DNA from: an uncultured delta proteobacterium
GTDB lineage: Bacteria > Myxococcota_A > UBA9160 > SZUA-336
Assembly: GCA_963704165.1 (NCBI GenBank)
Contig: CAVPHD010000006.1
Span: 5,497-69,496 of the forward strand
Direction: 5' to 3'
Length of the DNA stretch: 64,000 bases
Shown here: one piece after another, positions 1-8,675 of the stretch
Layout of the letters: the number at the start of each line of letters is the position of its first letter
How positions within the stretch are numbered: the first letter of the stretch is position 1
The notes under the pieces: model-generated
Seen by the model: only the letters and a program-made list of their open reading frames with translations
What the model was told of the DNA's origin: nothing
Databases searched by the model: none
Made by a program: the position numbers and the translations under genes

Positions 1-523
1 GTGCGGCTTCTGCACCGGCTTGGGTACGACGTTGCGGCACGGCATCGAGAAGTACTTGCCCTCGTAACCGGGGTACGGGTCCATCGCCATCATGTTGGCG
101 ATCTGCTCGACGGCCTCGCGCCACTGATCGCGCTTCTCCGCGACGGGAACGTCGAAGCCGTCGAGCTCCGCGATCGAGCTCGACTCGCCGGTGCCGAAGT
201 CGACGCGCCCGTTCGAGACGAGATCGAGCGTGGCGATGCGCTCGGCGATTCGCGCCGGGTGGTTGTAGCCCGGCGGGCATCAGCACGATGCCGTGGCCGA
301 GCCGGATGCGCTTGGTGCGCTGGCTGCACGCAGCGAGGAAGACCTCGGGCGCGGACGAGTGCGAGTACTCCTCGAGGAAGTGGTGCTCGACCTCCCAGGC
401 GTAGTCGATGCCGAGCTGGTCGGCGAGCTCGACCTGGTCGAGCGCTTCCTGGAAGAGGCGCTGCTCCGCGCCCTCGGTCCACGGCCGCGGAAGCTGGTGC
501 TCGTAGAAGATCCCGAACTTCAT
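1..523 (-). pseudogene. LLM-class (luciferase-like) flavin/F420-dependent oxidoreductase, 5' part only (continues past window start); one frame disruption near 268-277
   Basis: ATG at 523 overlaps the peroxiredoxin stop (ATGA). Reads [85 protein letters not shown]. One base out of frame it continues [60 protein letters not shown]..., a typical LLM N-terminus. Not in the ORF track because it is open at the window edge. Confidence 0.75.
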
Positions 524-1005
524 TTCAGATCCGTCAGAATTCCCTCGGCGCGGCTGACTTCGAACTTGCCCGGCGCTTCGACGTGAAGCGTCTTCACGAC
601 TCCGTCTTCGACGAGCGCGGAGAAGCGCTGGCCGCGAATGCCCATGCCGAAGCCCGAGCCGTCGAACTCGAGCCCGAGCGCACGAGAGAACTCCGCGTTT
701 CCGTCGGCGAGAAGCGTGACCTTGTTCCCGACGTTGCGGTCCCGGCCCCAGGATTCCATCACGAACGCATCGTTGACGGAGATGCAGACGATCTCCGACA
801 CGCCCTTCGCCTTGATCTCGTCCGACTTCTCGACGAATCCCGGCAGGTGCTTCGCCGAGCAGGTCGGCGTGAACGCGCCGGGCACCGAGAAGAGCACGAC
901 CTTCCGGCCCTTGAAGAACTCCGCGGTGTCGATGTCCTTCAGGCCCTCGGCCGTCAGTCGTTTCAGCGTCGCCTTGGGAATGCGGTCGCCAACCTTGATC
1001 GCCAT
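520..1005 (-). CDS. peroxiredoxin, Prx5-like (AhpC/TSA-redoxin family)
   Basis: 161 aa from ATG 1005, inside track ORF 520..1533. GAGGAG RBS 8 nt upstream. [14 protein letters not shown] motif with the peroxidatic Cys. The upstream 176 aa of the track ORF is Arg/His-rich shadow of the mcl gene. Confidence 0.9.
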   Translation of the reverse strand: MAIKVGDRIPKATLKRLTAEGLKDIDTAEFFKGRKVVLFSVPGAFTPTCSAKHLPGFVEKSDEIKAKGVSEIVCISVNDAFVMESWGRDRNVGNKVTLLADGNAEFSRALGLEFDGSGFGMGIRGQRFSALVEDGVVKTLHVEAPGKFEVSRAEGILTDLK

Positions 1006-1077
1006 GGGGAGTTCTCCTCGGTACGGGTTGGCCTGATTATGCGTGGTAGAATCCGCGCGCCGCAAGGAGATGCTCGT

Positions 1078-2127
1078 ATGCGCAGCCCCCGGAATTTCTT
1101 CACGCCGAAGGCGATCGGTGCTCCCGCCCCCGTACGCGAGGTTCCGGTGCGTCCGTCGCGCATGATCCACTTCTTCGACCCGAGCAATCCACGCATGGCG
1201 TCGAAGGTGCCCGACATCGCGAAGCAGGTGGACATCCTGCTCGGCAACCTCGAGGACGCGATTCCGACCGAGCGCAAGCTCGACGCGCGTGAGGGCCTGA
1301 TCAAGATCGCGCGCGACGTCGACTTCGGAGAGACGCAGCTCTGGACGCGGATCAACTCGCTCGACAGTCCGTGGATGCTGGACGACCTGATCCGACTCGT
1401 CGGTGAGATCGGCGACAAGCTCGACGTAATCATGGTGCCGAAGGTCGAAGGCGCCTGGGACATCCACTACGTCGATCAGCTGCTCGCGCAGCTCGAGGCG
1501 AAGGCGGGGCTCAAGAAGCCCCTGCTCGTGCACGCGATCCTCGAGACGGCGCTCGGCGTCGCGAACGTCGAAGAGATCGCCGCCGCCTCACCGCGAATGC
1601 AGGGCATGAGTCTGGGGCCGGCCGACCTCGCCGCCTCGCGGCGAATGAAGACGACACGCGTCGGCGGCGGTCACCCGGGTTATCTCGTGCGCACCGACCC
1701 CGATCCGGGAAACGCGGATTCGCCCCGCACGACCGCGCAACAGGACCTCTGGCACTACACCATGGGGCGTATGGTCGACGCCTGCGCCGCGACCGGCGCC
1801 CTGCCCTTCTACGGACCGTTCGGCGCGATCGACGACCCGGTCGGCTGCGAAGACCAGTTCCGCAATGCCTTCCTGATGGGCTGCGTCGGCGCCTGGTCTC
1901 TCCATCCGAGCCAGATCGCGATCGCCAAGCGCGTCTTCAGCCCGCCGCCCGACGAGGTGCTCTGGGCCAAGCGCGTGATCGCCGCCATGCCCGACGGCAG
2001 CGGCACGGTGATGCTCGAGGGCAAGATGCAGGACGACGCGACCTTCAAGCAGTGCAAGGTCATGGTGACGCTGGCGGAGTTGATCGCCTCGCGCGATTCG
2101 GATCTGAAGAAGCTCTACGAGCTTTGA
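1078..2127 (+). CDS. mcl: L-malyl-CoA/beta-methylmalyl-CoA lyase-like CoA-ester lyase (HpcH/CitE family, Chloroflexus Mcl type)
   Basis: 349 aa from ATG 1078, with AAGGAGA RBS at 1064-1070. The first 1077 nt of track ORF 1..2127 are antisense shadow. From memory it resembles Chloroflexus aurantiacus Mcl over nearly the full length: [85 protein letters not shown]. Confidence 0.8.
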   Translation: MRSPRNFFTPKAIGAPAPVREVPVRPSRMIHFFDPSNPRMASKVPDIAKQVDILLGNLEDAIPTERKLDAREGLIKIARDVDFGETQLWTRINSLDSPWMLDDLIRLVGEIGDKLDVIMVPKVEGAWDIHYVDQLLAQLEAKAGLKKPLLVHAILETALGVANVEEIAAASPRMQGMSLGPADLAASRRMKTTRVGGGHPGYLVRTDPDPGNADSPRTTAQQDLWHYTMGRMVDACAATGALPFYGPFGAIDDPVGCEDQFRNAFLMGCVGAWSLHPSQIAIAKRVFSPPPDEVLWAKRVIAAMPDGSGTVMLEGKMQDDATFKQCKVMVTLAELIASRDSDLKKLYEL

Positions 2128-3014
2128 GCGGCGCGCCCGAGTGGTTCCGACGCGCTCTGGCGCAGAAGCCCGAAGACCTCCGCGTCGAGGTCGAAGGCTG
2201 CGAGATCCACTACCTGCGCTGGGGCGAGCAAGACAAGCCCGGGATCGTGCTCGTCCACGGCGGTGCGGCACACGCCCACTGGTGGAGCTTCATCGCGCCG
2301 CTGCTCTCGTCCCAGTACCACGTCGTCGCGCTCGATCTCTCCGGGCACGGTGACAGCGGCCGAAGGCCCGAGTACCGGCGAGAGGTCTGGGCCGAAGAGG
2401 TCATGGCCGTCGCGCGCCACGCGGGCATCGTCGGCGCACCGCTGCTGGTCGGACACAGCATGGGAGGGATCGTCTGCATCGCGGCGGCCGCGCGCTTCGG
2501 CGATCGACTCGCCGGCGCGATCATCGTGGATTCGCCGGTGCGGAGGCCCGATCCCGAATCCGAGGAGGGCACCCGCGGTCGCGCCTTCCGAAACCCGAAG
2601 ACGTACTCGGACTTCGAGACCGCGGTGCGGAAGTTCCGGCTGATTCCGCCGCAGCCGTGCGAGAACGACTGGATCGTCGATCACGTCGCGCGGCACTCGC
2701 TCCACCGGACGGCCGACGGCTGGACCTGGAAGTTCGACCCGGTGGTCTTCCGCCGCGCATCGCCGGAGTCGATCCAGGAGAACCTCGCGCAGGTGCGCTG
2801 TCGCGTCGCGGTGCTTCGCGGCGAACTCTCGTTCCTCGTCACACCCGACGTCGCCGACTACATGTACGAGCTTCTCGATCGCAACGCCCCGGTGGTCGAG
2901 ATCCCGCAGGCGCACCACCATCTGCTTCTCGACCAGCCGCTCGCCTTCGTCTCGGCCCTTCGCGCGATCCTCGCCGATTGGGAGCACTCGCTGCCGCGAC
3001 GGCCGCGGCCGTGA
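2124..3014 (+). CDS. alpha/beta hydrolase
   Basis: [10 protein letters not shown] oxyanion region, nucleophile elbow GHSMGG, C-terminal His region [11 protein letters not shown]. Start uncertain: TTG 2124 overlaps the mcl stop (TTGA), whereas the track start 2052 would overlap mcl by 76 nt. Confidence 0.8.
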   Translation: MSGAPEWFRRALAQKPEDLRVEVEGCEIHYLRWGEQDKPGIVLVHGGAAHAHWWSFIAPLLSSQYHVVALDLSGHGDSGRRPEYRREVWAEEVMAVARHAGIVGAPLLVGHSMGGIVCIAAAARFGDRLAGAIIVDSPVRRPDPESEEGTRGRAFRNPKTYSDFETAVRKFRLIPPQPCENDWIVDHVARHSLHRTADGWTWKFDPVVFRRASPESIQENLAQVRCRVAVLRGELSFLVTPDVADYMYELLDRNAPVVEIPQAHHHLLLDQPLAFVSALRAILADWEHSLPRRPRP

Positions 3015-3051
3015 GATACTGAACCCGCCTCGACGCACGGGAGAACGCTGC

Positions 3052-3813
3052 ATGTCGCTTCAAGGTCGTGTCGCTCTGGTCACCGGTGGCAGCCGGGGAA
3101 TCGGTCGTGGGATCGCGCTCGGACTCGCCGAGGACGGCGCGGACATCGCCGTGAACTACCGGAAGGACGAGGCCGCGGCCAAGGAGACCGTCGCCGCGAT
3201 CGAAGCGCTCGGCCGGCGCGCACGCGCGTACGCGGGCTCGGTCGACAGCTACGACGACTGCAAGGCGCTCGTCGACGCCACGATCCGCGACTTCGGCTTC
3301 GTCGACATCCTGGTCAACAACGCCGGCATCGCGAGCCGTGGGAACAGCGTGAAGAACACCGACCCGCTCGAGTTCGAGCGTGTGGTCCGCACCCACACCT
3401 TCGGGCCCTTCTACCTCTCGCAGCTCGCGATCCCGAGCATGCGCACGCGGCCGCGCGGCGACATCGTGATGATCTCGTCGGTGGCGACGCTCGGCATGGC
3501 CGGCGGCGGCTCGCCGTACAACGTGGGCAAGGCGGGAATGGAGGCGCTCGCGCTCACGCTCGCAAGGGAAGAGAAGAAGCACGGAATCCACGTGAACATC
3601 GTCGCGCCGGGCCTGGTCGAGACCGACATGGGCGTGCGCCTGGCGAAGGCGACGATGGGCGTGAAGGACATCCGCCAGCTCGACGCGGCCATGCCGTTCG
3701 GCCGGGTCTGCCAGCCGGACGACATCGCGAACGCCGTACGCTTCCTGGTGTCGGAGCGCGCGAGCTACATCACCGGCGAGAAGATCAACGTGTATGGCGG
3801 CGGATCGGCCTGA
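3052..3813 (+). CDS. SDR family oxidoreductase (FabG-like)
   Basis: 253 aa. TGGSRGIGRGIA Rossmann motif, NNAG, catalytic Ser and YNVGK (YxxxK). Confidence 0.9.
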   Translation: MSLQGRVALVTGGSRGIGRGIALGLAEDGADIAVNYRKDEAAAKETVAAIEALGRRARAYAGSVDSYDDCKALVDATIRDFGFVDILVNNAGIASRGNSVKNTDPLEFERVVRTHTFGPFYLSQLAIPSMRTRPRGDIVMISSVATLGMAGGGSPYNVGKAGMEALALTLAREEKKHGIHVNIVAPGLVETDMGVRLAKATMGVKDIRQLDAAMPFGRVCQPDDIANAVRFLVSERASYITGEKINVYGGGSA

Positions 3814-3828
3814 GACGGCGATCCGTCT

Positions 3829-4371
3829 TCAGTCGCCGATGCGCTTCCAGCTCGCGCGCCAGACGCAGACCGGATCGGACGTCGTGGTGCAGCCGAGCTT
3901 CTCGACCGTGATGTCGTCGGCGTCGTTCAGCCCGATCGTTCCCCGGATGTAGCCCTGGATCAAGAGACAGAGCTCGCGCCTGGGGCTCTTGAATTCCTGG
4001 AGTTCCACGCGCGCGCGCCCCGGCGCCTCCGTGATCCGTTGCATGCGCCCGGCGTCGAATTGCGTCGACCAGAGCGCGAAGACGCGGCTCGTCGATCCGA
4101 TCCCGCGAAGCAGGTCACCGTAGAACTCCGCGTGTGCACGCGCGGCGAACTCGCCCATGAATTCGAAGGCCGCGTCGCGCCCGGTGCCGAGCAGGTCGGC
4201 ACACACGGCGACGAGGTCCAAGAGGTCCGCGAGCGGATACCACGCCGAGCTCTTGATCGTCTCGTCGAGGTAGTGCTGATGCTCGGGTGCGAGGAACTTG
4301 ATCGCCTCGCCGCGTCGAGAACGCAGGAACTTCACGGCACCCAGGAGCGTCGATCCCTTCACGCGTCCCAT
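3829..4371 (-). CDS. DUF2378/TIGR02265-like small protein (V4R/H-NOX-like ligand-binding fold suspected), paralog 2
   Basis: 180 aa from ATG 4371; the track start 4410 is less likely. Lies 1 nt downstream of paralog 1. N-terminus MGRVKGSTLLGAVKFLR and C-terminal GCTTTSDPVCVWRASW are shared with the neighbour. Confidence 0.75.
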   Translation of the reverse strand: MGRVKGSTLLGAVKFLRSRRGEAIKFLAPEHQHYLDETIKSSAWYPLADLLDLVAVCADLLGTGRDAAFEFMGEFAARAHAEFYGDLLRGIGSTSRVFALWSTQFDAGRMQRITEAPGRARVELQEFKSPRRELCLLIQGYIRGTIGLNDADDITVEKLGCTTTSDPVCVWRASWKRIGD

Positions 4372-4372
4372 C

Positions 4373-4912
4373 TCACCCCTCTTCGCTCTTCCACGAACCT
4401 CGCCAGGCACAGCGGTCGTCGCCGCGGAGGCGACATCCGATCTTCTCGATCGCGAGGTTCTGGATTCCGTTCATCAAGAGAACTCCGCGGAAGTAGCCCT
4501 GCGTCAGCAGGCACATCTCGTGGGAGGGATCCTCGTAGCCGACGATCTCCATCCGTACGGTCGACCGCGTCTCCTCGGTCATCCGCAGCTCGCCGGTGTC
4601 GTGCTGCGTCGACCAGAGCGCGAATGCGCGGCTCGTCGAGGAGCCGTCCAGAAGGCCGCCGTAGACCTCGGCGTGCCCTCGCGCGCTCGCTTCGCCCATG
4701 GCCTCGAGCACGCGGTCGGTCGGTCCCGGCATGAGCCGTGCGGTCGCGCGGATCAACTCGAGCATGTCGCGCTCGGGGTACCAGATCGACATGCGGATGT
4801 GTTCGTCGAGGTAGGCGTGCAGCGCCGGAGGCAGCGCCACGAGCGCTTCGGCGCGGTGTTTCCGCAGGTACTTGACCGCCCCGACGAACGCCGTCCCCTT
4901 GGCTTTGCCCAT
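4373..4912 (-). CDS. DUF2378/TIGR02265-like small protein, paralog 1
   Basis: 179 aa. ATG 4912 lies 2 nt after the kinase stop. MGKAKGTAFVGAVKYLRKHR..., FALWSTQ, C-terminal GCRLRGDDRCAWRGSW. About 35-40% identical by eye to 3829-4371. Confidence 0.75.
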   Translation of the reverse strand: MGKAKGTAFVGAVKYLRKHRAEALVALPPALHAYLDEHIRMSIWYPERDMLELIRATARLMPGPTDRVLEAMGEASARGHAEVYGGLLDGSSTSRAFALWSTQHDTGELRMTEETRSTVRMEIVGYEDPSHEMCLLTQGYFRGVLLMNGIQNLAIEKIGCRLRGDDRCAWRGSWKSEEG

Positions 4913-4914
4913 CT

Positions 4915-6543
4915 CTAGGCCTCGCTCTTGGCGCGCAGGTAGCGCGCGAGGAGCGCGAAGAATCTCTCTCTCTCCACCGGCTTGGTCGCGAAGTCGTCGC
5001 AGCCGGCGGAGACGCAGCGGCCGCGCTCGGAATGCATCGCGTGCGCGGTCAACGCGACGATCGATCCGGTGTAGCCGCGACTTCGGAGCAGACGCGTCGC
5101 GGTGTAGCCGTCCATGACGGGCATCTGCATGTCCATCAGGATCAGATCGAACGGCGTCCCCGCCTCGCGCGCGAGCAGCGCCCGCTCGACACCCTCTTCA
5201 CCGTTCTCACAGATCGAGATCTCGAGCCCGAGCTTGGCCAGCAAGAGGCGAATCAGGCGTTGGTTGTCCACGCCGTCCTCGACGAGCAGCACCCGCCCCG
5301 ACAGCCGGGGCACCGGTTCGCGTTCGTTTCCGGTGCGCGGCGTGTCCACGAGCTCCTCCGAGACGTGTACGCGCTCGACACCTTCGAGCGGGCCGGTCGG
5401 GAGCGAGACGCGGACGGTGGTGCCCCGCCCGGTCTCGCTCTGGAATTCGATCGATCCATCCATCAGCTCGCAGAGGTGCTTCGAGATCGCGAGCCCGAGG
5501 CCGGTTCCACCGTAGCGGCGCGTCGTCGAGCCGTCGGCCTGGCGAAAGGGAAGAAACAGCCGTCCTCGCTCGTCGTCTGCAATCCCGATCCCCGTGTCGG
5601 CCACCTCGAATACGATCCGGCTCGAAACGCCGTCGTCGTGGAACGACGTGCGAAGTCGCACCGAACCCGTGGACGTGAACTTGATCCCGTTTCCGACCAG
5701 ATTGATCAGCACCTGTCGCATGCGCGTCGGATCGCCCTCGATGCTCACGGGCAGCTCGGACCCGAACTCGAGTCGGAACGAGATCCCCTTCGCTTCCGAA
5801 CGCACGCGCATCAGCCGCGCGACGTCGCGAACGATCGCGATCGGCGAGTACGCGACGCGCTCGACCTCGAGCCGACCCGATTCGATCTTCGACAGATCGA
5901 GGATGTCGTTCAGGAGCGTGAGCAGGTAATCGCCGTTGCGCTGGATCGTGCGCAGTGCGTCGACGGTCGCGCGCGGCGCTGCAACGTTCGCGGCCTCGTC
6001 GAGCAACTCTTCGGTGAAGCCGAGGATCGCCGTCATCGGCGTTCGGATCTCGTGGCTGACGTTCGCGAGGAACTCGCTCTTCACGCGCGTCGCCTGCTCG
6101 GCGTGCAGCATCGCCTCGCGCAGCGCGGAGTTCGCCTCTTCGAGAAGCTCGATGCGATTCTGGTCGGAGCGAAGCTTCCTGCGCTCCGTGGCGTCGCGCA
6201 CGACGAGCGCGAATCTCCCGTCCTGCGTGGCCCCGAGCCGGTACAAGGTCGCGAGGCCTGCGAATGCGCCACCGTCGTGCCGCGCGAGCTTGAACTCCCG
6301 CTCGCGGTCCGGCCGCACGTCGGCCGGGGCCGAGCGGCTCTCGGTGAGCATGCTCTGCCAGGTCTCGGCGAACCCCGGCGCGATGAGTGCATCGATCGAG
6401 CTGCCCTCGACGATCTCGGAGCGGTGCCCGAGTCGCCGCTCGACTGCGGCGTTCACGCCGATGATCCGAAGCTCGCCATCGAGGGTGATGACGAGGTCGG
6501 AAACCAGCGACAGGAGCGTCACCTCGGCGCGCGCCAAGCTCAT
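4915..6543 (-). CDS. hybrid sensor histidine kinase/response regulator (PAS-HisKA-HATPase_c-REC)
   Basis: H-box SHEIRTPM. N/G boxes [25 protein letters not shown]. Receiver with DLILMDMQMPVMDG and ALTAHAM...ATKP. ATG 6543 preferred over the TTG at 6549 used by the track. Confidence 0.9.
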   Translation of the reverse strand: MSLARAEVTLLSLVSDLVITLDGELRIIGVNAAVERRLGHRSEIVEGSSIDALIAPGFAETWQSMLTESRSAPADVRPDREREFKLARHDGGAFAGLATLYRLGATQDGRFALVVRDATERRKLRSDQNRIELLEEANSALREAMLHAEQATRVKSEFLANVSHEIRTPMTAILGFTEELLDEAANVAAPRATVDALRTIQRNGDYLLTLLNDILDLSKIESGRLEVERVAYSPIAIVRDVARLMRVRSEAKGISFRLEFGSELPVSIEGDPTRMRQVLINLVGNGIKFTSTGSVRLRTSFHDDGVSSRIVFEVADTGIGIADDERGRLFLPFRQADGSTTRRYGGTGLGLAISKHLCELMDGSIEFQSETGRGTTVRVSLPTGPLEGVERVHVSEELVDTPRTGNEREPVPRLSGRVLLVEDGVDNQRLIRLLLAKLGLEISICENGEEGVERALLAREAGTPFDLILMDMQMPVMDGYTATRLLRSRGYTGSIVALTAHAMHSERGRCVSAGCDDFATKPVERERFFALLARYLRAKSEA

Positions 6544-6596
6544 ACCCAAGTCCCATCGTCCGCGGACTCCGGTGTCTGAATCCAGCGAGCGTCGGT

Positions 6597-8144
6597 ATGC
6601 TACCCGCGGCCGTCGGGGCCGGGGGGCATCGGGTGGAGCGCGAGGCGGGCAGGCCGGTCGGTGCGGAGCGCTCCCGGTTCGAGATCGTGCGCGAGCGCGC
6701 CGGACTCGCGCTCGCGCCGATCGTGTTCACGGCGCTCTGGCTCGCACCGCTCGATCTTTCGCTCGAGGCTCATCGACTGGCGGCGATCATGGGCACGGTC
6801 GTCGTTCTCTGGGTCACGGAAGCGATCCCGATGGCGATGACGGCGTTTCTCGGCGTCGCCTTCGCGGTCGTGCTCGGGGTCGCGCCGGCCAGCGTCGCCT
6901 TCGCGCCGTTCGCCGACCCGCTGATCTTCCTGTTCATCGGGACGTTCATGCTGGCGCAGGCGATCTTCTTCCACGGCCTCGATCGCCGCTTCGCGTTCGC
7001 GATCCTGTCACTCCCCGGTGTCGGCGAGAGCCCGGGGCGCGTGCTGGTCGCCTATGCCGGCGTCGCCTGCGCGCTCTCGATGTGGATCAGCAACACCGCG
7101 ACGGTCGCGATGATGTTTCCGATCGGCGTCTCGCTGCTCGGCGCGCTCGAAAGCCGTTCCGGCGGCCGCCTGCCGGCGCAGTTCGGCACGGTGCTTCTGC
7201 TCTCGAACGCGCTGGCCGCATCGATCGGCGGACTCGCGACGCCGGTCGGCACGCCGCCGAACCTGATCGGACTCGGCTTCATCCGGCGCGAGCTGGGCGT
7301 CGATCTGCCCTTCTTCACCTGGATGGCGCTCGGCCTTCCGATCGCCTTGCTCCTGCTCTCGTGGGCGCTCTTCGATCTCTCGCGCTCGGGCGCCCCGCGC
7401 GGCCTGCGACTGACCGGCGCGAGCGAGGTCATCCGGCGCGAACGCGAGGCGCTCGGACCGTGGTCGCGCGGCGAGCGGAACACGCTCGCCGCGTTCGCGA
7501 TCACCGTCTTCCTCTGGGTGCTGCCGGGCGCGGTCGCGCTGATCGCCGGGCAGGACACCCCCGCGTACTCGTTTCTGATCCAGCATCTGCCCGAGGGCGT
7601 GGTCGCACTGCTCGGCGCGGGACTTCTCTTCGTCCTGCCGACGGACGTCCGGCGAAGCGAGTTCACCCTGCCCTGGAACGAGGCGCTGAAGATCGACTGG
7701 TGGATCGTCTTCCTCTACGGCGGCGGGATCGCGCTCGGCACGCTCGCGTTCAAGACCGGACTCGCCGAGGCCCTCGGGCGATCGCTCACCGATCTGCTCG
7801 GCGTGCAGTCCGCGTTCGGCCTGATCGCGCTCTCGACCGCGTTCGCGACCGTGCTCTCGGAAACGACGAGCAACACGGCATCCGCGAACATGGTGGTGCC
7901 GGTCGTGATCGCGTTCGCCCACTCCGCCGGAATCGACCCGCTTCTGCCCGCCGTGGCCGCGACGCTCGGTGCGTCGCTCGGCTTCATGCTGCCGGTCTCG
8001 ACGCCCTGCAACGCGATCGTCTACGGCTCGGGGCGAGTTCCGCTTGGGCGCATGATCCGACACGGGATCGTCTTGGACGTCGCCGGGATCGTCGTGATCG
8101 TCGCCGTCGTCAGCACGCTCGGTCCGTTCATCCTCGGTCGCTAG
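6597..8144 (+). CDS. DASS/SLC13-family anion:sodium symporter
   Basis: 515 aa polytopic membrane protein. VLWVTEAIPMAMTAFLG and SETTSNTASANMVVPV (SNT hairpin motifs). A later GTG start is possible. Confidence 0.85.
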   Translation: MLPAAVGAGGHRVEREAGRPVGAERSRFEIVRERAGLALAPIVFTALWLAPLDLSLEAHRLAAIMGTVVVLWVTEAIPMAMTAFLGVAFAVVLGVAPASVAFAPFADPLIFLFIGTFMLAQAIFFHGLDRRFAFAILSLPGVGESPGRVLVAYAGVACALSMWISNTATVAMMFPIGVSLLGALESRSGGRLPAQFGTVLLLSNALAASIGGLATPVGTPPNLIGLGFIRRELGVDLPFFTWMALGLPIALLLLSWALFDLSRSGAPRGLRLTGASEVIRREREALGPWSRGERNTLAAFAITVFLWVLPGAVALIAGQDTPAYSFLIQHLPEGVVALLGAGLLFVLPTDVRRSEFTLPWNEALKIDWWIVFLYGGGIALGTLAFKTGLAEALGRSLTDLLGVQSAFGLIALSTAFATVLSETTSNTASANMVVPVVIAFAHSAGIDPLLPAVAATLGASLGFMLPVSTPCNAIVYGSGRVPLGRMIRHGIVLDVAGIVVIVAVVSTLGPFILGR

Positions 8145-8674
8145 GTCACGCGCATGCCGCGGGCCATCACGAGCTTCCCGGAGCGGACGAGATCGCCGAG
8201 CTTGAACGGGCGCAGGAGATCGATGAACGCGTCGAGCTTCTCGCTCGGACCGTGCACCTGCAGGATCAGGGACTCCGAGCCGTAGTCCACGACCTTGGCC
8301 TTGAAGTGCTCGGCGATCTGCAGGATCTCGGTCCGGCGGTCGAGCGGCGCGAAGAGCTTCAGGAGCGCGATCTCCGTCTCGTAGCTCTCGTCGCCGGTGT
8401 GGTCGATCGCGTGCACGACGTCGACGAGCTTCGCGAGCTGCTTGATGATCTGTTCGAGATCCGCGCCATTGCCCGAACAGGCGATCGTCATTCGCGAGAA
8501 GCGGCCCTCCGCTCCGGCGGACACGACGAGGCTCTCGATGTTGAACCCGCGCCGCGAGAACACCAACGCGACGCGGACGAGCACGCCGGGCTTGTTGTTG
8601 ACGAAGAGCGAAATCGTGTGCAGGGGCGCCTTCGGCACGGTCTCGATCGGCGCAACGACGGCGGCGGTGGACAT
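8141..8674 (-). CDS. ilvN: acetolactate synthase small (regulatory) subunit
   Basis: 177 aa. ACT domain HTISLFVNNKPGVLVRVALVFSRRGFNIESL. Immediately downstream of ilvB, with a 1-nt gap. Confidence 0.9.
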   Translation of the reverse strand: MSTAAVVAPIETVPKAPLHTISLFVNNKPGVLVRVALVFSRRGFNIESLVVSAGAEGRFSRMTIACSGNGADLEQIIKQLAKLVDVVHAIDHTGDESYETEIALLKLFAPLDRRTEILQIAEHFKAKVVDYGSESLILQVHGPSEKLDAFIDLLRPFKLGDLVRSGKLVMARGMRVT

Positions 8675-8675
8675 C

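Noticed and set aside
1-1077. First half of the 708-aa track ORF 1..2127 (+).
   Set aside because: Arg/Ala/Gly-rich low-complexity translation with no family resemblance. It lies antisense to the well-supported LLM and peroxiredoxin genes. The real gene (mcl) starts at ATG 1078 with its own RBS.
3813-3828. Hairpin agacgg-cgat-ccgtct lying exactly between the convergent stops of the SDR and the DUF2378-like gene.
   Set aside because: Only a 6-bp stem with no U-tract on either strand. Too weak to call as a bidirectional terminator.
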